Positions 39,320-46,171 of a stretch of DNA of 46,171 bases are shown piece after piece. The position numbers and the translations under genes were made by a program. The DNA comes from an uncultured Chlamydiae bacterium (GTDB lineage Bacteria; Chlamydiota; Chlamydiia; Chlamydiales; SM23-39). The notes below the pieces were generated by a model. The model searched no databases, was not told where the DNA came from, and worked only from the letters and a program-made list of their open reading frames with translations. Location: NCBI GenBank assembly GCA_937899275.1, contig CALBPE010000095.1, positions 1-46,171 of the forward strand. Direction: 5' to 3'. How positions within the stretch are numbered: the stretch's first letter is position 1; each line of letters begins with the position of its first letter.

Positions 39320-41123
39320 ACAGCATACATTTCTCGTTGCTTTAACTTTCATCAATTTGATTCTTTTTACCTTAGCTAATCATGCAGAAATGCTTGCTTT
39401 AGGCCTTATTGCCAATACGGGAGAAAGCATGCAGATGAGCCGTATTGAAAAAACATATGGCTTAGAGGAACAAAGCCCCTCTTTTTTTCGTCAGATCATC
39501 GATCTTTTTGCGAGTAAAACAGGGGGAGAAAACGGATTTCATACGCTTGTTTTTTTACTGGTCAGCGTCGCATTTTTTAAAGCGATGATGCTATTTTCCT
39601 CAAGATTTACTACGCAGATTCTGTCGATACGTCTGACAAGAGATCTTCGCATGCAGTATTTTGAGCATATTCAATCTCTTCCTTTTTGTTTTTACCAAGA
39701 TTTTAATGTAGGCGCTCTAAGCGCAAGGACAGTAGGTGATGCAGGTCAAATTGCAGGATCAATCAACTCTTGTTTAACAAATTATATTCAAACGCCATTC
39801 ACCATTTTATCCACATTAGCGCTTTGTTTTTATTGCTCTTGGCAACTTTCTTTGGTGATTTTTGTTGTCATGCCTTTGATCATCTTACCCGTAGTAATCT
39901 TGACGCGTAAGGTGAAAAAAGTAGCTCGTGAAATCCAAAAAAATCAGGAAACATTTACCTCTGTTCTCCTCGATTTTTTAACAGGTATTCAGACGGTTAA
40001 AATCTTTTCTATGGAGCCTTTTGCCATGAAAAAATACCAAGAACAAAACCAACATATGGCCCACCTGGAGAGTAAAAGCGCAAAATACAGCCTACTTACG
40101 CGCCCTTTTTTACATACAGTCACAACCACATGCCTTGCAGTTGTCGCATTATTTGGTCTACATGTCTTAAAAATGAGCATTGCAGAAATCATCGTTTTTT
40201 GCGGCTGGTTGCATATGTTTTACGATCCTGTAAAAAAGTTTTCAGAAGAAAACGCCAACATCCAAAGGGGCGTCATAGCAGCGGAAAGGATGTTTGAGGT
40301 GCTGAATAAAAAACCAGAAATCATCGATAAAAAGCAGGCAAAAGATGTGACCTCTTTTCATAAGAGTTTGATTTTTTCTGATGTGTTTTTCCGCTACAAA
40401 AAACAGTTTGTCTTAAAAAACATCTCTTTTTCTGTGCAGAAAGGCGATATTGTCGCAATTGTAGGTCCTACAGGTGCGGGAAAATCGACCATCGCTCATC
40501 TTATCCCAAGGTTGTACGACGTCCACCAAGGAAAGGTGGCATTAGATGGGGTCAATATTACAGAATTTACCCAAAAATCTTTGCGTAAGCTTATCGCGTT
40601 TGTACCGCAAAAACCGTTCTTATTTTACGATACGGTATTCAACAATATTGCTACTGGAAAAAATGCGACATTAAAAGAGGTAGAAGAGGCAGCTAAATCT
40701 GCTTTTGCTCACGATTTCATTATGCAACTGCCTCAAAACTACCATACGGTTTTATCGGAAATGGGAAAAAATCTTTCAGGAGGCGAGCAGCAAAGAATCG
40801 CGATAGCAAGGGCTCTTTTTCGTAAGTCTCCTATCTTAGTGTTAGATGAAGCTACGTCGGCTTTAGATGCTATTAGCGAGGAAAAAATCAAACAGGCTCT
40901 TGTACAGCTGCAAGGAAAGGTGACGCAAATCATCATCGCTCATAGGCTCTCTACTATTGAGCAGGCTACAAAAATCCTCTACTTAGAAAATGGAGAAATT
41001 CTTGCGCAGGGAACAAAAAAATCTTTATTAGAAACCTGCAAACCCTTTCAAGTGATGTGGGAAACATACCACCAAACAGAGGCGCGCTCTTCTTCAAACA
41101 AATCTACAAAAGCTGTTTTTTAA
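39285..41123 (+). CDS. msbA: MsbA-like ABC exporter (TMD+NBD)
   Basis: GPTGAGKS, LSGGEQQR, LDEATS, AHRLST; accA-msbA synteny in Chlamydiota. Confidence 0.8.
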   Translation: MKLLLKVAIRNKQHTFLVALTFINLILFTLANHAEMLALGLIANTGESMQMSRIEKTYGLEEQSPSFFRQIIDLFASKTGGENGFHTLVFLLVSVAFFKAMMLFSSRFTTQILSIRLTRDLRMQYFEHIQSLPFCFYQDFNVGALSARTVGDAGQIAGSINSCLTNYIQTPFTILSTLALCFYCSWQLSLVIFVVMPLIILPVVILTRKVKKVAREIQKNQETFTSVLLDFLTGIQTVKIFSMEPFAMKKYQEQNQHMAHLESKSAKYSLLTRPFLHTVTTTCLAVVALFGLHVLKMSIAEIIVFCGWLHMFYDPVKKFSEENANIQRGVIAAERMFEVLNKKPEIIDKKQAKDVTSFHKSLIFSDVFFRYKKQFVLKNISFSVQKGDIVAIVGPTGAGKSTIAHLIPRLYDVHQGKVALDGVNITEFTQKSLRKLIAFVPQKPFLFYDTVFNNIATGKNATLKEVEEAAKSAFAHDFIMQLPQNYHTVLSEMGKNLSGGEQQRIAIARALFRKSPILVLDEATSALDAISEEKIKQALVQLQGKVTQIIIAHRLSTIEQATKILYLENGEILAQGTKKSLLETCKPFQVMWETYHQTEARSSSNKSTKAVF

Positions 41124-41212
41124 CATATTTTTATCCTACTGATTTATAAAAATCATTTGACATCCTTCGTGTAAATCCAGTATCAGATAATTTTATCTAA
41201 AAAAATATGTGA

Positions 41213-42877
41213 ATGTTTACACCAGGTCAATCTGTACAAGAACAACAAAGCGCGCATGCATCAAAAGTTGTAGAAACTCTTGATGAAGCGCTATTAGAAA
41301 CAAAGCTTTTACGCCTATTTTCTTGGAAAGATTTCGAGCATTTACAGCTTCCTCCTTTTGCTTATCCAAAAATGTTACGAGGTCTTCCTCGATTTTACGA
41401 TAAAAAAGCGCCTTCAAAAGCTAGTGTAAAAAAGCCGTTTTCCACGTTTTTTCAGTTGAAAAAACACTATGTAGATAAAGCCAAGCTCTACACTTACCGC
41501 GGTGTTGTATTAAAAAAGCCGCTACAACTGACGGTTTTTTCTCAAATCAAAACGGTAGATGGTGAAGAAATAAGAGCCCTGCATACTCTAATGGAAATAC
41601 TGGAAAAAAGCAGGCTTCCTATTGTATGCACTTTCCTACTTGCTTTTCCCAAAGGCTATACGCAAGATATGCCGATCAAAAATGTACTTAAAGTATCTTA
41701 CATCGAGGGAAAAGCGCTTAAACTGACAAAACAAGCTGTAGAGCTTTTAGATCGCAGCGATGTTGTGCTGCAGTATCCTTACTACAGTAAAACATGCGCA
41801 TCTCATTTACAAAGCTCCTCTTTTGCAGGTCAATCAGAGATGCTTGGATGTATGGGATCGCTAGAAGAGGCGCCTTTTTTAGAAGAAGGACGCTCTTTAG
41901 GCCTGCATTTTTTGGAGAAAGGGATTTTACAAACTGTGAGAAAGCGCTATACCTCACAAGATCTACTTTCTTCTGTTTTGGCTCGCCGTTTATTCGATCA
42001 AAAACCGACGAAAAAAGCGCTGACAAAGTATCTATCTAAATGGGATCTCAATTATTTTGATGTCCGTTCGCTACCTGCTTTACTGACGGGTTGCAACTAT
42101 CTTTTACAGAAAAGAAAGGGAGATAAAAAACATCTCGATCTTATGATTACAACGCATCTTGGTATGCAGCCTCTTTTTCAGTATCTTGAAAAGCATTCTG
42201 CGTTTTTAGACGTTTCTACAGTAGAGGTGTATTCAGGAGTTGCAGAAGATCTAAAAAAAGAAACATGGCAGTATGCTGGCAAAGCGCGAGGAAAAAAGCT
42301 GCGTATTTTTGTGTTAGAAAATCTTCCCATTGAGGAAAGGCATCTTCTAATCGATCTTACAAAAGACTTACTCATTATAAAAGACGATTGGGGGTTTTCA
42401 GAGGCTATAGGCTTATCTACCCCTTACTTTTTCGATGCATCTCATGATAAAAAGCATTTTGTGAAAGATTTGATTGCTCTAGGTGAGTACTACATAAAAT
42501 CTTCACCTAAAGCGGTAGGCTACCTTCGCTTGTTTTTACAAAGTAGAGAAACTAAGGTGGAAAAACCTTTTTACGTGGAGGAAGATTTTTTTCAGAACTT
42601 GAAAAAAGATCCATTTTTATTTCAGCCAGAAGACCTGCCTTTGGAAGCAGTCCGCGCTTTACTCCGTTTAAATCAGGTGATTGCAAAGTATTTTTCTGCT
42701 AACGAGCTTTTGCAAGGGCTAATGGAAAGGGCGCTTTTACATAAAGCCGTTCCCCAGCTGCTATCTTGTGAGCAAAAACTTGAAGAAAAATTTTTATCAG
42801 GAGAAATGGATTTTATCTCGTTTATAGAACAGATAAGGATGATTTTGCGTCCATACAAAGCAGGAGATGTAGATTGA
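41213..42877 (+). CDS. Hypothetical protein, possibly GT-B-like fold
   Basis: 554-aa ORF; SLGLHFLEKGIL and DWGFSEAI..PYFFD segments. Confidence 0.7.
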   Translation: MFTPGQSVQEQQSAHASKVVETLDEALLETKLLRLFSWKDFEHLQLPPFAYPKMLRGLPRFYDKKAPSKASVKKPFSTFFQLKKHYVDKAKLYTYRGVVLKKPLQLTVFSQIKTVDGEEIRALHTLMEILEKSRLPIVCTFLLAFPKGYTQDMPIKNVLKVSYIEGKALKLTKQAVELLDRSDVVLQYPYYSKTCASHLQSSSFAGQSEMLGCMGSLEEAPFLEEGRSLGLHFLEKGILQTVRKRYTSQDLLSSVLARRLFDQKPTKKALTKYLSKWDLNYFDVRSLPALLTGCNYLLQKRKGDKKHLDLMITTHLGMQPLFQYLEKHSAFLDVSTVEVYSGVAEDLKKETWQYAGKARGKKLRIFVLENLPIEERHLLIDLTKDLLIIKDDWGFSEAIGLSTPYFFDASHDKKHFVKDLIALGEYYIKSSPKAVGYLRLFLQSRETKVEKPFYVEEDFFQNLKKDPFLFQPEDLPLEAVRALLRLNQVIAKYFSANELLQGLMERALLHKAVPQLLSCEQKLEEKFLSGEMDFISFIEQIRMILRPYKAGDVD

Positions 42878-43164
42878 AAAAAGAGCCCAGAGAAGAGATG
42901 CAACAATCTTTAAAAGGATTGCAAAAATCTCTGCAAGAATATACTAAAGGCGTCTCTAAAAAAGGGGAGTTGCATGCGCAAAGGCAAATGGAAGAGTATC
43001 TAGCTAGTTTAGGAGAAATCGCGGCTGCAATGCCTAAGGAAGTGCGATTATTAGAAGCGCGTTTAGCCAAAAATTTTCAGGTATTTATCCAGTACCCTTC
43101 AGAAAATAACCATGCTGTAATTGCGCAAGATGTAGAGGCTATTCAAGAAAGCCTTCGTCATTAA
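42874..43164 (+). CDS. Hypothetical helical protein, 96 aa
   Basis: TTG start overlapping the upstream TGA, AGGAG SD. Confidence 0.6.
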   Translation: MKKEPREEMQQSLKGLQKSLQEYTKGVSKKGELHAQRQMEEYLASLGEIAAAMPKEVRLLEARLAKNFQVFIQYPSENNHAVIAQDVEAIQESLRH

Positions 43165-43979
43165 AGCGCTCTTGACGCGCGCTTAAGCGAATAGCCTGTC
43201 GATTTAATTTTATGGTTGGAAACTTTTTTATTATCCATCCGCATCCCTTTTAAAGAGGGATCGAATAAAATGCCTTTAAGATGGTATTTACGGGCAAGAT
43301 CGTGATAAAACACCTCTTTTTCTGGATGTTCATCATCTGCTAAGTTATAAATCCCTGTGATCTTATGGCTGTGTAGGTATAAAACAGCTCCTACAATATC
43401 TTCTAAATGGATCATATTGGAAAAAGCTTTGCCCGTGCCGCCTAGAATTCTGCCTTGCATCGCTTTGATTTTATCTTGCAAACTACGGCCAGGGCCATAA
43501 ATTTCTGCTAACCGTAAAATGGTTACATTCCATCCAAGCTCTTCTAAGGCAGTATAGGTTTTTTCTGTTTCTACTAAAATAGAGCTATTTTCTGTAGACG
43601 GCTGTAGTACTGATTTTTCATCGACCCAAGCGCCGCCATGATCACCATAAACAGATGTAGAGCTAGTATATATCAACGTTTTAGCTGGGCTATTTCTAGC
43701 GCAAGAAAGTAGGGTAGATGCGGCGCCTAAATAAGCGCTTTGGTAGTCTTCTTTTCGTTTTGCTGCAAGGGTTACGATGATCAAATCATTTGCATCGATG
43801 AGTTTTTGCATCGACTCTTGATCAGACCCACGGAGGAAAAACACCCTCTGGCAGTAAGGATCTAAAGATGCGGTATTTCTAGAAGTTTTGACGGTAGCGG
43901 TAACGCTATGGCCAAGAGCATGAAGCGCTTTAGCTAATGCTTTTCCCACATATCCGCAGCCAATGATGAGTGTATTCAT
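43161..43979 (-). CDS. NAD-dependent epimerase/dehydratase (atypical SDR)
   Basis: GCGYVG, YTSSTSVYGD, RLAEIYGPGR, IHLEDI. Confidence 0.9.
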   Translation of the reverse strand: MNTLIIGCGYVGKALAKALHALGHSVTATVKTSRNTASLDPYCQRVFFLRGSDQESMQKLIDANDLIIVTLAAKRKEDYQSAYLGAASTLLSCARNSPAKTLIYTSSTSVYGDHGGAWVDEKSVLQPSTENSSILVETEKTYTALEELGWNVTILRLAEIYGPGRSLQDKIKAMQGRILGGTGKAFSNMIHLEDIVGAVLYLHSHKITGIYNLADDEHPEKEVFYHDLARKYHLKGILFDPSLKGMRMDNKKVSNHKIKSTGYSLKRASRAL

Positions 43980-44671
43980 AATAGTCCTATTTTTTCTAAA
44001 CTACTTTTTAACTCTTGGTTATCTTTTTTATCGAAAGCTCCCGACTCTTTTAGCCAAGCAATGTAGCTTTTTGGTACATCTTGTAGAGATTTCCCCTGGT
44101 GTTTACCAAAAGGCATGCGGGTGATGATTTGCGGCTTTTCTAATAACATCTCGACCGTTTCTAAAGCAAGGTCATCAATCATCATGGAAAATACTTGATG
44201 TAAGATCACGACATCGTCCAATGCTCTATGTGCGTTATTTTCTTCTATACCGTAAATTCCTCGTAAAAACTGTAGGGTGTGTTTTGGTAGATCTGGCCGA
44301 AATCTTCTAGCCCACTTTAAAGAATCGAGATATTTCCAAGTAGGTATAGTTGCATTTGCTCTAGTGAAAGCCTCTTCTAAAAAGGGCTGGTCAAAGGCGT
44401 CGTTGTTGTGCGCAATCAAATATACTTTTCCTGAGCAAAAGGCGTTCCATTCAGGGATAATATCTGCAAATGTAGGTGCATCTTTTACCATCGCATCGGT
44501 GATGTTATGGATATTAGTCGATTCTGGAGGAATGGGCATTTGTGGATTGATCAGCTGATTGAACGTTTTACCTTGCACCGGATCGTAAGCGGCAATTTCT
44601 ATAATACAATCTTTTTTTGCATTGATGCCTGTAGTTTCCGTATCGTAGTAAATGGGTCTACTTTCAATCAT
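43976..44671 (-). CDS. dnaQ: DnaQ-like DEDDh 3'-5' exonuclease with C-terminal MPFGK (DUF3820-like) domain
   Basis: YDTETTG, AHN..FD, HRALDD, MPFGKHQG...YIAWL. Confidence 0.85.
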   Translation of the reverse strand: MIESRPIYYDTETTGINAKKDCIIEIAAYDPVQGKTFNQLINPQMPIPPESTNIHNITDAMVKDAPTFADIIPEWNAFCSGKVYLIAHNNDAFDQPFLEEAFTRANATIPTWKYLDSLKWARRFRPDLPKHTLQFLRGIYGIEENNAHRALDDVVILHQVFSMMIDDLALETVEMLLEKPQIITRMPFGKHQGKSLQDVPKSYIAWLKESGAFDKKDNQELKSSLEKIGLL

Positions 44672-44771
44672 AGCTACCAGTAAAGCAAAAATGGGGAATT
44701 TCTCAACAGGATTTTCTCTATTTTCATTATTAGACTGGTTTCGTTAGACTATATAGAAAAAGGTTAGTCTA

Positions 44772-44921
44772 ATGCGCTCTTTTACTTTTGCGATTTTTTT
44801 TCTTTTGTGCACGGCATGCGGCAGCTACGCATATGACGAGGATTTCGACACGGTTCCTACTACAAATAACCCGCATATTGTCCCTAGCCATGGAGCGGGC
44901 CTTCCCATGATGCCAAGCTGA
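44772..44921 (+). CDS. Small putative lipoprotein, 49 aa (MRSFTFAIFFLLCTACGSYAYDEDFDTVPTTNNPHIVPSHGAGLPMMPS)
   Basis: Manually translated; AAAGG SD, basic N-terminus, hydrophobic core, lipobox-like CTA|C. Confidence 0.7.
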   Translation: MRSFTFAIFFLLCTACGSYAYDEDFDTVPTTNNPHIVPSHGAGLPMMPS

Positions 44922-44993
44922 CCTGACATCTTATTGAATAACCATTGCTTTTTTCTATCTCTTACGAAAAAATAAAAATAAGAGGGTATAGAA

Positions 44994-46019
44994 ATGCGGC
45001 AGAATATCACCTACTCCTTTTTTCCTAGCGATCCCAAAAAAGTGATTGCCTCTACTCCTAAAGATGTTCTTGTAGAAGATTTACGGAGCATGCTTTTTAT
45101 TCGTCATTTTGAGACGAGAGCAGAAGCTGCTTATATGCAAGGAAAAATCGGAGGGTTTTTCCATGCCTATACAGGACAAGAGGCGATTCAAACGGCAGCT
45201 GTTCGCGCTTTTGGCTTAAATCACTGGTATACAACTACATATAGGTGCCACGCCCTTGCTCTACTTCTAGGCGCCCCTCCAAAAGAAGTGATGGCAGAGC
45301 TTTTTGGCAAAAAGACAGGTACTGCGAAAGGCAGAGGGGGCAGTATGCACCTTTATCACGATCAAATGCTGGGAGGATTTGGCATCGTAGGAGGGCATGT
45401 TCCCGTTGCGGTAGGCGCCGCTTTTTCTAGTCGGTATCAAAAGCAAAAAAAAATGTCCCTTTGTTTTTTAGGTGATGGTGCATTTGCTCAAGGCGCTGTT
45501 CACGAGTCGTTGAACTACGCTTCTTTATGGAGCCTTCCTTGTCTTTTTGTGATTGAGAATAACCAATGGGGCATGGGAACCGATGTGGCAAGAGCCATTT
45601 GTTCTCAACCAATAGCAGAGCATTTTGGCCCTGCCTATAAAATGCGCTCCTACACACTACAAGGTATGGATTATACCAACTGTTTAGCTGCTTTTCAGGA
45701 TATCAAGAAGTATATGGAAAAAGAAAAAAAACCTGTTTTAGTAGAGGCAGTAGCAGAGAGGTTTAAAGGACACTCGATTTCTGATCCAGGATTATACCGC
45801 TCTAAAGAAGAGCTGCAAAAAGCGTTGAAAAAAGATCCCATTGCTTTATTGCAAAAAGCGCTGATCGATGCAAAAATCATCGATGAGGCTCTTTTTCAAA
45901 CAACAGATGAAGAGGCAAAACAATCGGCCATTGCCGCTTTAGACTATGCAGAAAAAAGTCCTTTCCCCGATCCGATAGAGCTCGAAGAAGATGTATTAGA
46001 ATGGCCTAGGGGAGATTGA
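44994..46019 (+). CDS. pdhA: Pyruvate dehydrogenase E1 alpha
   Basis: GFFH.YTGQEA, GRGGSMH, GDGA...ENN, GHSISDP. Confidence 0.96.
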   Translation: MRQNITYSFFPSDPKKVIASTPKDVLVEDLRSMLFIRHFETRAEAAYMQGKIGGFFHAYTGQEAIQTAAVRAFGLNHWYTTTYRCHALALLLGAPPKEVMAELFGKKTGTAKGRGGSMHLYHDQMLGGFGIVGGHVPVAVGAAFSSRYQKQKKMSLCFLGDGAFAQGAVHESLNYASLWSLPCLFVIENNQWGMGTDVARAICSQPIAEHFGPAYKMRSYTLQGMDYTNCLAAFQDIKKYMEKEKKPVLVEAVAERFKGHSISDPGLYRSKEELQKALKKDPIALLQKALIDAKIIDEALFQTTDEEAKQSAIAALDYAEKSPFPDPIELEEDVLEWPRGD

Positions 46020-46171
46020 TGAAACAAGTAGAAATCCGAGAAGCTCTTAGAGAAGCGATGAACGAAGAGATGCAAAGAGATCCTTCCGTCTTCATCTTAG
46101 GCGAAGAAGTTGCCTACTACAATGGAGCCTATAAGGTGAGCCAAGGAATGTTGGATGAATTTGGACCTAAA
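46019..46171 (+). CDS. pdhB: Pyruvate dehydrogenase E1 beta (3' partial)
   Basis: [37 protein letters not shown] overlaps the pdhA TGA. Confidence 0.93.
   Translation, partial: MKQVEIREALREAMNEEMQRDPSVFILGEEVAYYNGAYKVSQGMLDEFGPK

Overview
46 kb of chromosome from an environmental chlamydia (Chlamydiota). The assignment rests on the chlamydial gene orders prmC-ffh-rpsP-trmD-rplS-rnhB-(yicC)-gmk-rpoZ-metG/recD2 and ihf-LDT-accA-msbA, and a chlamydial-type CIRCE at groESL. Most of the window is housekeeping. The accessory part follows tRNA-Asn(GTT) at 10617-10688. First comes a 1,016-bp collapsed integrative element bounded by GGAGATTT direct repeats with a large-serine-integrase-like att geometry. 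It keeps only an intact AbiEi-type antitoxin and a decayed integrase C-terminus. Next are an orphan permuted-papain-like protein, a truncated AlbA_2 gene with 13-bp repeats, and a tightly packed trio of signal-peptide proteins (methyltransferase-like, GH130, second beta-propeller). A three-gene transhydrogenase and a class-3 lipase with a mitochondrial-presequence-like N-terminus follow. Two 49-aa genes missing from the ORF track were also found. All family calls come from manual motif recognition; no searches were run.
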